Source: Dehalococcoidia bacterium
GTDB lineage: Bacteria; Chloroflexota; Dehalococcoidia; UBA2979
Reading direction: 5' to 3'
Length of the DNA: 64,000 bases
NCBI GenBank assembly: GCA_963667465.2
Contig: CAXXDN010000002.1
Location: 512,001-576,000 of the forward strand
In this document: positions 11,144 to 22,391 of the stretch, piece after piece
Layout of the letters: each line of letters starts with the position of its first letter
Position numbering within the stretch: the stretch's first letter is position 1
Notes under the pieces: model-generated
What the model saw: the letters and a program-made list of their open reading frames with translations, nothing else
The model's database searches: none
Told to the model about the DNA's origin: nothing
Translations under genes and position numbers: made by a program

Positions 11144-11922
11144 CCGGACCCGGCTCCCGCGGCCGCAGCGGCGACAGCTTCGATATAGCGCTCCGCGCGC
11201 TCGCGTAGCGCGCTCTCCGCGTCGAGGTCGTGCGCGCGGGCGTAGCGCGCGACGGCCCAGAGCAGCGTTCCCAACGCCTCCTCGCGCGCTCCCGCAGCTG
11301 TGGCGCCGTCCGTGCCGTCCTGTGCCCGCAGCGCCTCGACGGCGTCGCCGAGCGCCTCGAGGGGCGGCGCGTCGCCGGGAGCGATGCCGGAGCGCTCGGC
11401 GCGGCCGATCAGCGACTGGGCGCGTTGCAGCGCGGGCAGCGCGCGAGGCAGCGAGGCGAGCGCGCTCGCGGGCGACTCGTCCGCGCCCGACGCGGCGCGC
11501 TCCTGCGCCTTGATCTGCTCCCAGCGCGCCCACACCTCGCTGCTGTCGGAGGCCTGCTCGCCACCGAAGACGTGCGGGTGGCGGCGCAGCATCTTGAGGC
11601 AGATCGCCTCAACCAGCTCGTCGAACGTGAACTCGCCCGCCGCCTCCGCGATCGTCGTGTGGAAGACGATCTGCATCAGCAGATCGCCCAGCTCCTCGCT
11701 CAGTCCCGCGAGGTCGCCGCGATCGATTGCCTCGACGGCCTCGTAGCTCTCCTCGATCAGGGAGCTGCGCAGCGACTCGTGCGTCTGCCCGGCGTCCCAG
11801 GGGCAGCCGCCCGGTGCATAGAGGCGCGCCATGATGGCGCGCAGTCCTTCGACGGTGTGTGTGTCCTCGATCGCGGCGTCCGGCGAGGCCGCGCCACGAG
11901 CGGCGCCTGGTTCGGCGCTCAT
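11140..11922 (-). CDS. mazG: MazG-family nucleoside triphosphate pyrophosphohydrolase
   Basis: GCPWDAGQTHESL, EESYE, EELGDLLMQIVFH, KMLRRHPHVF, WEQIK; second domain degenerate. Confidence 0.92.
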   Translation of the reverse strand: MSAEPGAARGAASPDAAIEDTHTVEGLRAIMARLYAPGGCPWDAGQTHESLRSSLIEESYEAVEAIDRGDLAGLSEELGDLLMQIVFHTTIAEAAGEFTFDELVEAICLKMLRRHPHVFGGEQASDSSEVWARWEQIKAQERAASGADESPASALASLPRALPALQRAQSLIGRAERSGIAPGDAPPLEALGDAVEALRAQDGTDGATAAGAREEALGTLLWAVARYARAHDLDAESALRERAERYIEAVAAAAAGAGSG

Positions 11923-11962
11923 TGCCACGGACCGTGAATCATGGCGCGAGTATACTCGCGAC

Positions 11963-12685
11963 GTGCTGACACTTCGCTGGGCCGCAACGGCACTGTTCGT
12001 CGTCGCGCTGCCCCTCTTCCTCGTGCTCACGAACGTGCGGATCGCGACCCTCTGGCCGCCCGTGCACGAGTACTCGTTCGCGCGCTACGACGCCGAGGCG
12101 ACCACCGGCGTAGAGCGCGCCGAGCTCGACCGTGCTGCGCGCGAGATCATCGACTACTTCCGCAACGACGCGGACCTGCTCGACATCGAGGTGATGGTCG
12201 CTGGCGAACCGGCGCCGCTGTTCAGCGAGCGCGAGGTGCTGCATATGCGGGACGTGAAGTGGCTTATGCAGGCCGCCTTCCGGGTGCATGAGGGCGCGCT
12301 CGCCGTCCTCGTGCTCTACGTCACGGTGGCGCTGGTGCGCAGTCGGGGGCAGGCGGTCGCGCAAGTCGCGGGGCTGCTGCGGGTTGCGGGCGTGCTGACG
12401 GTGGTGCTGCTCGGGGTGGCGGCTGCGGCGGTGGTGGTCGGCTTCGACGACCTGTTCCGGCAGTTCCACGTGATCTCGTTCGCGAACGATCTCTGGAAGC
12501 TCAGCCCGGCCCGCGATCACCTGATCCAGATGTACCCGCGCGGCTTCTGGTTCGACGTGACGCTCGCGGTCGGCCTCATCAGCGCCATCGAGGGCGCCCT
12601 GCTTGCTGCTGCCGGACATGCCTGCCTGGTGTCCGCACAACGCGAGCACCGCCGGGCGCCGGGCGCAGCAGCGGGAGCGGTGTAG
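11963..12685 (+). CDS. TIGR01906/DUF1461-type integral membrane protein
   Basis: FSEREVLHMRDVK, FDDLFRQFHVISFANDLW, LIQMYPRGFW; GTG 11963 lies 6 nt after TATACT. Confidence 0.85.
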   Translation: MLTLRWAATALFVVALPLFLVLTNVRIATLWPPVHEYSFARYDAEATTGVERAELDRAAREIIDYFRNDADLLDIEVMVAGEPAPLFSEREVLHMRDVKWLMQAAFRVHEGALAVLVLYVTVALVRSRGQAVAQVAGLLRVAGVLTVVLLGVAAAAVVVGFDDLFRQFHVISFANDLWKLSPARDHLIQMYPRGFWFDVTLAVGLISAIEGALLAAAGHACLVSAQREHRRAPGAAAGAV

Positions 12686-12736
12686 CGCCGGGCGCCGGCC
12701 CCGGCAGGTGCGCGAGGATCGAGGAAGGTTCGGCGG

Positions 12737-13024
12737 CTAGAAGCCGTCCATGCCGGGCGGCATACCGCCCATGCCGGGCGGCATACCGCCCATGCCCTCC
12801 ATGCCGGCCATGTCCTCCAGGCCTTCCATGCCCTCGAGGTCGCCGAGATCGAAGTCGCCGCCACCTCGGGAGACGCCGACGAGGGCGAACGACATGCTGA
12901 CCTGGCGCTCGCCGGTGGTCGTGTTGCACTCGGGGCAATCGCTCAGTTCGTCCATGGCAGCCATGCTGCGCCGCTGTTCGTACTCGTGCCCGCACCCCTT
13001 GCAGCGGTACTCGTAAATCGGCAT
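12737..13024 (-). CDS. FmdB-family zinc-ribbon protein with a Gly/Met-rich tail
   Basis: MPIYEYRCKGCGHEYE...CPEC; tail GMEGMGGMPPGMGGMPPGM. Confidence 0.88.
   Translation of the reverse strand: MPIYEYRCKGCGHEYEQRRSMAAMDELSDCPECNTTTGERQVSMSFALVGVSRGGGDFDLGDLEGMEGLEDMAGMEGMGGMPPGMGGMPPGMDGF
12749..12796. repeat. 21-bp coding tandem repeat, about 2.3 copies
   Basis: CATGCCGGGCGGCATACCGCC at 12749 and 12770, plus CATGCC; encodes GGMPPGM. Confidence 0.85.
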
Positions 13025-13042
13025 CTCGATCCTCTCCGAAAT

Positions 13043-13074
13043 GGCGCGGCGCGCTTCGTCGGGCGCGCCGCGCC
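13043..13074. terminator. GC hairpin between rpoD and the fmdB-like gene
   Basis: GGCGCGGCGCGC-N8-GCGCGCCGCGCC, 12-bp perfect stem. Confidence 0.45.
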
Positions 13075-13102
13075 GGTCAGTCCGGCCGTCTGCTGCGGCC
13101 GT

Positions 13103-14842
<1,740 letters not shown>

Positions 14843-14864
14843 CTCGTCCCCCCGTTCCGCTCGT

Positions 14865-16865
14865 TCACTCTGCGCCCTCCGGCGCATTCAATCCACCATT
14901 CGCATCGCCGTACGTCTCCACCGGCTCGCCGGCCGAGGCGAAGGCGCGAGCCAACTCGCGCTGCTGCCGGCTCAGCTCGACAAAGCTTGTGGCCAGTTCG
15001 GCCTCCTCGCCGGCGGCATCCGCCGGAAGCGCGCCGCGCTCCGCGGCGCTGCGCGCGAACTCGAGCACCCCGGCGCCCTCGCGCCGCGCATCCGCCATCT
15101 GCTCCGCGACCGCGCCCGCCTCGGCGCGGATGCGTGCCTGCTGACGGCGGGTGCGAAGCTGCCAGGCCGTGCCCTCGATGATCTCGCGGAGTTGCTGCGC
15201 CGTCATCTGCTCGTACGCCTCCGGCAGTTCTCCCGCGCTCAGCGAGGCGTGTAACTCGCGCAACTCCTCGTCCATTTCTGCGATGCGTTCGTCGAGGTCT
15301 TCGTGGTCGCGCCAGGCCTCGAAGAGGCGGCGGTACTCGCTGTCCTCGAACGTGTCCGCGTCGAGCGCCGCTCCGGCGTCGCGACAGGAGGGATAACGCA
15401 GCAGCAGCCTCAGAAGTTGCGTCTCGCCCGGGTTCGTGTCGCTGGCCGGGGGCGTTCCCGGCGGCGGCTGCTGGCGGGCGGCGGCCGCGACTTCCCGCGA
15501 GGACGGCACCGGCTCCGGGCGGACCGGGCCGCGCCCGCGCGCGACCAGCGCCTGCGCGGCCGCCTCGCTGATGCGGCCGAGGCGCGCCAGCCGTTGCAGC
15601 CAGTGCGCCCGGACCACCGCGTCCGCCATTGCCGCGACCGTCGGTGCGAGCGCCTCGACTGCCTGCGAGCGGGCGCGCGGATCCTCAAGGTTCGTGCGCT
15701 CCTCGATCGCGTCGAAGAGGTGGTCGGCGACGGGCCGGGCGGCGTCGATCAGTGCGCGCAGGTCGTCCGGGTCCTTGCGCGCCAGCGAGTCCGGGTCCTC
15801 GCCCTCGGGCAGGGCGGCGATGCGGATGTCAGCGCGCAGCACGTCCTGGTAGGAGACCAGCCCGCGCCAGTTGATGGTGGCGACCGTGTCGTGATCGGCG
15901 GCCCCGGCGGCGACGCCGACCGCGCGCAGGGTGGCCTCGGAGCCGGCGTTGTCGGCATCGAGGGCGAGTACGAGGTTGGGCGTGAAGCGCTTGACGAGGC
16001 GCATTTGGCGCTCGCTGATCGCCGTGCCCATCGAGGCGGCGACGTTGCGCAGGCCGGCCTGCCAGCAGCCGATCACGTCCATGTAGCCCTCGACGACGAT
16101 CAGTTGCCCGGCGCGGCGCGCCTCGGGGCCGGAGCGGTCGAGGCCGTAGAGCGTGCCGCTCTTGTCGAAGAGCGGCGTCTGCGGGGTGTTGAGGTACTTC
16201 GGCTCCTGATCCTCGAGCAGCGCACGCCCGCCGAAGCCGGTGAGGCGGCCGCGCTCGTCGCGAGTGGGGAAGATCAGCCGCCCGCGGAAGCGGTCGTAGG
16301 GTCCGCGGTCGCCCTGCGCGGCGAGGCCGGCGGCGATCAGCACGTCCGCGCCGTAGCCGCGCGCGCCGAGGTGGTCCGTGAGCGCCTGCCAGCTATCCGG
16401 CGCGTAGCCGATCTGCCAGTCGCGCCGCGCCCCCGCGTCCAGCCCGCGCCCCTCGGCGTAGGCAAGCGCCGAGGCGCCCTCGGGACTGTCGAGGGCGGCC
16501 TGGAAGAAGACGGCGGCGGCCTCGTTGGCGCTGAGCAGTTGCTCGTGCTGTTCGCGCTGCTCGCGCTCGGCTCGCGTCGGCGGGCGCAGCTCGACGCCGG
16601 CGCGCTCGGCGCAGCGGCGCAGCGCCTCGCGGAACTCGAGCCCCTCGAAGCGGCGCACGAACTCGATCACGTCGCCCCCGGTCGAGCAGGCGCCGAAGCA
16701 GTGCCAGGTGTTGCGGCCGGGGTCGACGATGAATGAGGGCGTGCGCTCGTTGTGGAAGGGGCAGTTCGCCTTCCACGTACGGCCGCTCCGCTTGAGGTTC
16801 GGCACGTAGTTGCCAACCGTCTCGACGATATCGAGACGCGCTTTTACTTCTTCGATGGTACTCAT
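14865..16865 (-). CDS. dnaG: DNA primase
   Basis: [44 protein letters not shown]. Confidence 0.98.
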   Translation of the reverse strand: MSTIEEVKARLDIVETVGNYVPNLKRSGRTWKANCPFHNERTPSFIVDPGRNTWHCFGACSTGGDVIEFVRRFEGLEFREALRRCAERAGVELRPPTRAEREQREQHEQLLSANEAAAVFFQAALDSPEGASALAYAEGRGLDAGARRDWQIGYAPDSWQALTDHLGARGYGADVLIAAGLAAQGDRGPYDRFRGRLIFPTRDERGRLTGFGGRALLEDQEPKYLNTPQTPLFDKSGTLYGLDRSGPEARRAGQLIVVEGYMDVIGCWQAGLRNVAASMGTAISERQMRLVKRFTPNLVLALDADNAGSEATLRAVGVAAGAADHDTVATINWRGLVSYQDVLRADIRIAALPEGEDPDSLARKDPDDLRALIDAARPVADHLFDAIEERTNLEDPRARSQAVEALAPTVAAMADAVVRAHWLQRLARLGRISEAAAQALVARGRGPVRPEPVPSSREVAAAARQQPPPGTPPASDTNPGETQLLRLLLRYPSCRDAGAALDADTFEDSEYRRLFEAWRDHEDLDERIAEMDEELRELHASLSAGELPEAYEQMTAQQLREIIEGTAWQLRTRRQQARIRAEAGAVAEQMADARREGAGVLEFARSAAERGALPADAAGEEAELATSFVELSRQQRELARAFASAGEPVETYGDANGGLNAPEGAE

Positions 16866-16924
16866 GGTCTAGCTGTTAAGACACCACAACCGCCCGATCG
16901 TTACGGTCGGCTGCACGGATTCCG

Positions 16925-17383
16925 CTACGCGTCCTCCGCGCCGTCCCCAAAGCGGGCGCGGATCGCGGCGGCGGCCTGCTCCTCGCGCCCGGCGACCGCG
17001 CGCAGTGCTGCCAGCGGGTCGCCTCCCACGCCTCCTGGCGCCTCGATTGCATCGAGGGCGAGCAGCGTCCGCCGACGTGCTCCGGCGAGGTCGTGGACCA
17101 TTTGGGGCGCCATCATCGCGTCGCGGCGCCGTCCGGCGCCTGTCTCGTCGCCGCTGCCGGCAGTGCCGGCTGTAGCGGCAGCGGCGTCGGCCCGCTCCGC
17201 GGGCGCGAGCTCGCCGAGCAGGTCGAGCACGCTGCGCCCTTCCTCGATCTCGCTCGCGAAGTCCCGCTCCGTGAGACTCGCGAGCGCCTCGAGCAGCGCG
17301 GACCGCGATCGCTCGAGGCGTTCGCGCAGCGCGGCGATGGGGTCGTCGCGCGATTGCAGCGCGTCCTTCGGCTGCTCGTTCAC
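16925..17383 (-). CDS. DinB/YfiT-like helical bundle protein lacking the metal-binding His residues
   Basis: RSRSALLEALASLTERDF...RSVLDLLGELA..ER resembles a DinB N-terminus. Confidence 0.5.
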   Translation of the reverse strand: MNEQPKDALQSRDDPIAALRERLERSRSALLEALASLTERDFASEIEEGRSVLDLLGELAPAERADAAAATAGTAGSGDETGAGRRRDAMMAPQMVHDLAGARRRTLLALDAIEAPGGVGGDPLAALRAVAGREEQAAAAIRARFGDGAEDA

Positions 17384-17392
17384 TGCAGCACC

Positions 17393-18343
17393 TCAGCGCG
17401 GTCCCCGCCGGGGGAGCAAGTTGTTGGACGCATCGGCATCGTTGATCGCGTCGGTCGAGATGATCACCTGCACGGACTCCAGCGGCGCCGCCGTGATTGC
17501 CGGGAACTCGAACGCCTGCGTCGCGCCCCGTTCGACATCGAGCTCGCGCGTCTCGCGCAGCAAGAGCTCGTCCTCGGCCGAGAACTCCCGGATCGCAATC
17601 GTAACCTCGCCGGTCAGCGGAATCGGGCTGCGGTTGCGGATGGTTGCGATCAGGTGGGGGCCGCTGCCCCCGTAGGTGATGTCGATGACCGCGAGGTCGT
17701 TGGGCACGTCCGGCGTGACTACCCCGACGAAGATGTTGTTCCCGGCGTTGCGCTCGACGATTGAGGCGGTAGGCCGCACGGTCACCACCACCTGCCCCCG
17801 GCGCTGCACGTACTCGCCCTCGATCGGGTACTGGAGGAAGTCGCCCGGCCGGAGCGCCTTGCCGGTGTCGATCGGGTGTGGAGGGCCGCCGTCGATGCTG
17901 ACCTCGACCACGCCGTCGGCGTCGGCGTTGCCCGCGTTGGCGACGACGACGAAGAGCTGGTTGAGGCGCGAGAACACCTCCCGCACGACGAGGTCCGGGT
18001 AGTCCGTTCGCGACGGATCGGGCGTGGGGCGCGCCTCTTGCGAGGGCGTCGGCGTGGGCGAGGTCGCCGGAGAGGCTGTCGCCGCGGGAGTCTCCGTCGC
18101 AGGTGGCGCAGGGGACAGCGATTCGGTAGCGGGACTCGCGCTCGTGTCGGGGCTCGGGCTCACGCTCGGCGTCGCCGTCGCGACTGCGGCGGGGCTCGCC
18201 ACGGGCGGGACGGGGTCCTCGGCGGAGGGGCTGCCGAAGAACAGGAGCGCCCCGCCGGCAGTGACTGCTGCGGTCACGGCCAGCACCAGGGGCGGCGCGA
18301 GCCAGCGCCAGCGGCTGGAGCCTCCCTCGGGAGTGCCCCGCAC
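17393..18343 (-). CDS. Membrane-anchored exported protein with a Pro/Thr linker and two CARDB/Ig-like domains
   Basis: TM helix, ATATPS..PTPTP linker, PDLVV..VANAGNADA..VERNAGNN, DLAV..IRN..DADASNN. Confidence 0.7.
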   Translation of the reverse strand: MRGTPEGGSSRWRWLAPPLVLAVTAAVTAGGALLFFGSPSAEDPVPPVASPAAVATATPSVSPSPDTSASPATESLSPAPPATETPAATASPATSPTPTPSQEARPTPDPSRTDYPDLVVREVFSRLNQLFVVVANAGNADADGVVEVSIDGGPPHPIDTGKALRPGDFLQYPIEGEYVQRRGQVVVTVRPTASIVERNAGNNIFVGVVTPDVPNDLAVIDITYGGSGPHLIATIRNRSPIPLTGEVTIAIREFSAEDELLLRETRELDVERGATQAFEFPAITAAPLESVQVIISTDAINDADASNNLLPRRGPR

Positions 18344-18665
18344 GATCAGGTCCGCGCGCCCGGGCGGGCGCGTTCACGGCTGTGCGGTGTCTCGATGACT
18401 GCGCCGCTGCTGTGCACGATCCCGTTCCAGCGCCGGCGGCTCATCGGCAGGCGCGTCGTTCCGGTTCGCCCTCGGTGAACGTCCGATTCGGCCGGGCGAG
18501 GGTCGTCCCTCACCGATCCGGGCCGTGGCGGGGACAGTGTATCAAGGCGAAAGCATCATCCCGCGGCGCCAATCCCGGCCGCAGTCAGAGCGAGGAGTCG
18601 TTTCCGCTGCGGGGCCGCTCGCGGTACGCTGGGTGCGACGTGGGGGGCCGGCGAGGAGCGCGGCC

Positions 18666-20513
18666 ATGTGCGGAATCATCGGCTACAGCGGCGAGCGGCC
18701 CGCGGGGCCCATCCTCCTCGAAGGACTGGGCCGGCTCGAGTACCGCGGCTATGACTCCGCCGGTATCGCGCTCTTTGACGAGCAACACCGCCTCTACTGC
18801 GCCCGCGCCACCGGCAAGCTCGAGCGGCTGACAAACCGCATCGAGGGCGTCCTGCCCCCGGCCGTCGCGGGCATCGGACACACCCGCTGGGCCACGCACG
18901 GGAGGCCCTCCGAGGCCAACGCGCACCCGCACCTCGATCCCTCGGGCCGCGTCGCCGTCGTGCACAACGGCATCATCGAGAACTTCGCCGCGCTGCGGGA
19001 GCGCTTCACCGAGCGCGGCGCCCACTTCGCCTCCGAGACCGACACCGAGGTGCTCGCGCACCTCGTCGCCGATGCACTGGGCAAGGGGGCCGATCTCGCC
19101 GAGGCGCTGCGGGTCACGCTCGCGGAGACCGAGGGCGCGTACTCGGTCGTCGTGATCGCCACGGACGATCCCGGGCGGCTGGTGGCGGCGCGGGCTGGCA
19201 ACGCAGGCGGCCTGGTGATCGGCCACGGCGAAGGCGAGCAGTTCGTCGCCTCGGACCTCGCCGCGCTGCTCCCGTACTCGCGGCGCGTTACCTTCCTCAA
19301 CCCCGGCGAGATCGCAGACATTCGCCGCGAGGGCGTCACGCTGACCGATGCGGACGGCGCAGCCGTCGAGCGCGCGCCGCAGCTCCAGCCGTACGACCCG
19401 GTCGCGGCGGTCAAGGGGCGCTACCGCCACTTCATGCTGAAGGAGATCCACGAGCAGCCCGATGTCGCCCTCGACACGATGCGAGGGCGCTACCTGCAGG
19501 ATCCGCCCCGCGTCGAGTTGGACGACGGATCGCCGATCGCGGCCGCCCGGGCCCAGGAACTGCAGCGCGCGGTGCTGGTGGGCATGGGCACCTCCCAATA
19601 CGCCGCGATGGTCGGGCGGCACTACATCGAGCGTTTCGCGCGGCTGCCCGCCGAGGTCGACAACGCCTCCGAGTTCGGCTACCGCCGGCCGGTGTTGGAC
19701 CCGCGCACGCTCGTCGTCTCCGTCGCGCAGTCGGGCGAGACGGTGGACACGCTGCTGGCGATGGAGGAGGCGCGCCGCGATGGCTGTCCGCAGCTCACGG
19801 TCTGCAACACGCCGGGATCGCAGGCGACGCGCATCGCCGACGGCGTGATCTACACGCGCGCCGGCCCGGAGATCGCGGTCGCCAGCACGAAGACAATGAC
19901 CGCCTCCGTGATCGCGCTGCACGCTATGGCGCTGCACCTCGGACGGCTGCGCGGCGCGCTCGATCCGGCCCTCGAACGAGCCGAGATCGAGGCGGCGCTG
20001 CGGCTGCCGGCGGTGCTGGGTGAGGCGCTGCTGCTCGAGGAGCGCATGGCCGCGGTCGCGCGCCGCTACGCACAGTTCGAGGACTTCCTGTTCCTCGGCC
20101 GCGGGCTCTCCTACCCGGTGGCGCTCGAGGGCGCGCTGAAGCTCAAGGAGGTCTCCTACATCCATGCCGAGGGCTACGCGGCCGGCGAGATGAAGCACGG
20201 GCCGATCGCGCTGATCGACGAGCGGCTCGCCACCGTCGCGATCGCCACGCGCGACGAGGTGCGCGACAAGATGCGCTCGAATGTCGAACAGGTGAAGGCG
20301 CGCCGAGGCCCCGTGATCGCCCTCGTCAGCGAGGGCGACGACAGCCTCGACGGCCTCGCTGACGAGGTGATCGCCGTCCCCGCCTTCGAGGGCGCGCTCG
20401 CGCCCGTCGTGGCCCTCGTGCCGCTGCAGTTGCTCGCCTACCACATCGCGCTGGAGCGGGGCGCGGACATCGATCAGCCGCGCAACCTCGCCAAGACCGT
20501 CACTGTCGAGTAG
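18666..20513 (+). CDS. glmS: Glutamine--fructose-6-phosphate aminotransferase
   Basis: MCGIIG, LEYRGYDSAG, GHTRWATHG, HNGIIEN, QSGET, KHGPIAL, PRNLAKTVTVE. Confidence 0.98.
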   Translation: MCGIIGYSGERPAGPILLEGLGRLEYRGYDSAGIALFDEQHRLYCARATGKLERLTNRIEGVLPPAVAGIGHTRWATHGRPSEANAHPHLDPSGRVAVVHNGIIENFAALRERFTERGAHFASETDTEVLAHLVADALGKGADLAEALRVTLAETEGAYSVVVIATDDPGRLVAARAGNAGGLVIGHGEGEQFVASDLAALLPYSRRVTFLNPGEIADIRREGVTLTDADGAAVERAPQLQPYDPVAAVKGRYRHFMLKEIHEQPDVALDTMRGRYLQDPPRVELDDGSPIAAARAQELQRAVLVGMGTSQYAAMVGRHYIERFARLPAEVDNASEFGYRRPVLDPRTLVVSVAQSGETVDTLLAMEEARRDGCPQLTVCNTPGSQATRIADGVIYTRAGPEIAVASTKTMTASVIALHAMALHLGRLRGALDPALERAEIEAALRLPAVLGEALLLEERMAAVARRYAQFEDFLFLGRGLSYPVALEGALKLKEVSYIHAEGYAAGEMKHGPIALIDERLATVAIATRDEVRDKMRSNVEQVKARRGPVIALVSEGDDSLDGLADEVIAVPAFEGALAPVVALVPLQLLAYHIALERGADIDQPRNLAKTVTVE

Positions 20514-20606
20514 CGGCCCGTCGCGGGCTGCGGGATGCTCGGGCCGGATTGGCCGGGCAGCTGGCCCGCGAGCCACACTGCTGACCGAACGGCAGGGACG
20601 TTCTTC

Positions 20607-22202
20607 GTGACTGGTCCCGAACTGACGCTTGCCAACTGGCTGCTGGCCGCTGCGCCGGTCGTCCTGCTGGTGGTGACGATTCTCGCCCTCGACTGGAGCG
20701 CGCCACGGGCGGGGGCGGCGGCCTGGGTGCTGGCGTTGGCGCTCGGCCTCGCGGTCTTTGGCGCGGCGCGGGACCACGTGGCGATCGCCAGCGCGAAGGG
20801 CCTCAGCCTCGCGCTGTTCGTGCTCACGATCGTCTGGGCCTCGGTCTACATGTTCAACCTGGTCGACAGGCTGAAGGGCATCGACGCGATCGGGCGTGCG
20901 CTGGCGCGGCTGGCCGACGACCGGCTCACGCAGGCGCTGCTGATCGGCTGGGGCTTCTCGAGCTTCATCCAGGGCATCACCGGCTTCGGCGTGCCGATCG
21001 CCGTGGCCGCGCCGCTGCTGATCATGCTCGGCTTCTCGCCCGCGCGGGCCGCGGGCATGGCTCTCGTCGGCCACGGCTGGGCCGTCACCTTCGGCTCGAT
21101 GGGCTCGTCCTACTACACGATCCAGCTCGTCACCGGCATCGAGGGCGACGTGATCGCGCCGCACATGGCGCTGCTGTTCGCGCCCGTGATCCTCGTGAGC
21201 GGCGCGCTCGTCGCCCACATCCAGGGCGGACTCTACGCGGTCCGGCGCAGCCTGCCGATCGTGATCGTCGCCGGAGTGGTCATGGCGGCGGGGATGTACC
21301 TGCTCGCCCTCGCGGGCGCGCCGCAGATCGCCTCGAGCGTGCCTGCTGTCCTCGGGATGGTCGCGATCGCCCTCGTTGCCCGAACCCCGCTCTTCCGAGG
21401 CGAGCCCGGCACTCCCGAGGCGCCCCCGGAGCCGGACGGTGACAGTGGCGAGGGAATGCCGTTCTGGCTCGCGTTCATGCCCTACCTGCTGCTGATCACG
21501 CTCAGCGTCATCTCGCAGATCGGGCCGATCAAGGAGGCCGTCTCTGGTCTCCGCTGGGCGCTCGACTACCCGGGCTTCGTGACCGCCGAGGGCTTCGCCG
21601 TCCCCGCCGTCGACGACTACGCGCCGATCCGGCTGCTCAACCACCCGGCGCCGCTGATCGCCCTCTCCGTGGCAGTCAGTGCGGGTCTCTACGTCCTCGC
21701 CGGACGCTGGCGGCGTGGCGTCGCCTGGGAGGCGGCGACGCTCACCTACTCGCAGTGCCTCGGCACCACCATCGGCGTCGCGACGATGGTGATGATGGCC
21801 GTCGTCATGGCCGACTCCGGTATGACGGTGCTGCTGGCGAGGGGCATCGCCGACGCCTCGGGGCCGGTCTTCCCGCTCGTCTCGCCCTTTGTCGGCCTGC
21901 TCGGCTCGTTCATGAGCGGCAGCAACACGAACTCCAACGTGATGTTCGGTCTGCTCCAGCTGGAGACCGCGAGGGCGCTCGACATCGGCGGCGTGACGAT
22001 CTCGAGCATCCAGTCGATCGGCGCCTCGGTCGGCAGTCCGATGGCGCCGGCGAAGGTGCTTGTCGGCGCCGCCGTCGTCGGCCTCGCGGGCCGCGAGCGC
22101 GAGATCTTCCGGCTCGTGATCCCCTATATCCTGCTGCTCGTGCTGATCGTGGGCATCGAGGCGATCATCGTCATCGAACTGCTGCCGGGACTGTCGAGGT
22201 AG
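20607..22202 (+). CDS. L-lactate permease family transporter
   Basis: Many TM helices; GITGFGVPIAVAAPLL..LGF, FMSGSNTNSNVMFG.LQ; probable GTG start 20607. Confidence 0.9.
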   Translation: MTGPELTLANWLLAAAPVVLLVVTILALDWSAPRAGAAAWVLALALGLAVFGAARDHVAIASAKGLSLALFVLTIVWASVYMFNLVDRLKGIDAIGRALARLADDRLTQALLIGWGFSSFIQGITGFGVPIAVAAPLLIMLGFSPARAAGMALVGHGWAVTFGSMGSSYYTIQLVTGIEGDVIAPHMALLFAPVILVSGALVAHIQGGLYAVRRSLPIVIVAGVVMAAGMYLLALAGAPQIASSVPAVLGMVAIALVARTPLFRGEPGTPEAPPEPDGDSGEGMPFWLAFMPYLLLITLSVISQIGPIKEAVSGLRWALDYPGFVTAEGFAVPAVDDYAPIRLLNHPAPLIALSVAVSAGLYVLAGRWRRGVAWEAATLTYSQCLGTTIGVATMVMMAVVMADSGMTVLLARGIADASGPVFPLVSPFVGLLGSFMSGSNTNSNVMFGLLQLETARALDIGGVTISSIQSIGASVGSPMAPAKVLVGAAVVGLAGREREIFRLVIPYILLLVLIVGIEAIIVIELLPGLSR

Positions 22203-22204
22203 CC

Positions 22205-22375
22205 GTGCTGCCAGACGCCACGAAGCAGAAGCTGCGGCACGTCGTCCTCCTCGGGACGATCGTCAGCTTCCCGCTGCTCTACCTGGGGCCCGTGACGCTG
22301 GAGAGCGCGGTCGTGACGGTCGCCGGCCTCGCCGTCGCTGCTGCGACGGCCATCCTCGCCTGGCTGGCGTTCTGA
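22205..22375 (+). CDS. Small two-TM membrane protein (56 aa)
   Basis: GTG 2 nt after the permease stop: MLPDATKQKLRHVVLLGTIVSFPLLYLG...AILAWLAF; GC-rich third codon positions. Confidence 0.65.
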   Translation: MLPDATKQKLRHVVLLGTIVSFPLLYLGPVTLESAVVTVAGLAVAAATAILAWLAF

Positions 22376-22391
22376 GGCGGTGGCGTACGCG

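Noticed and set aside
18344-18376. Sec readthrough at the in-frame TGA upstream of the CARDB-like gene
   Set aside because: The context is low-complexity with no Cys-type motif and no convincing upstream start in that frame.
18420-18665. glmS ribozyme upstream of glmS
   Set aside because: An AGCGCC occurs near 18429, but I could not find the downstream GACGAGG / ATCGA..TCGGCGG core in the right arrangement. An Rfam scan would settle it.
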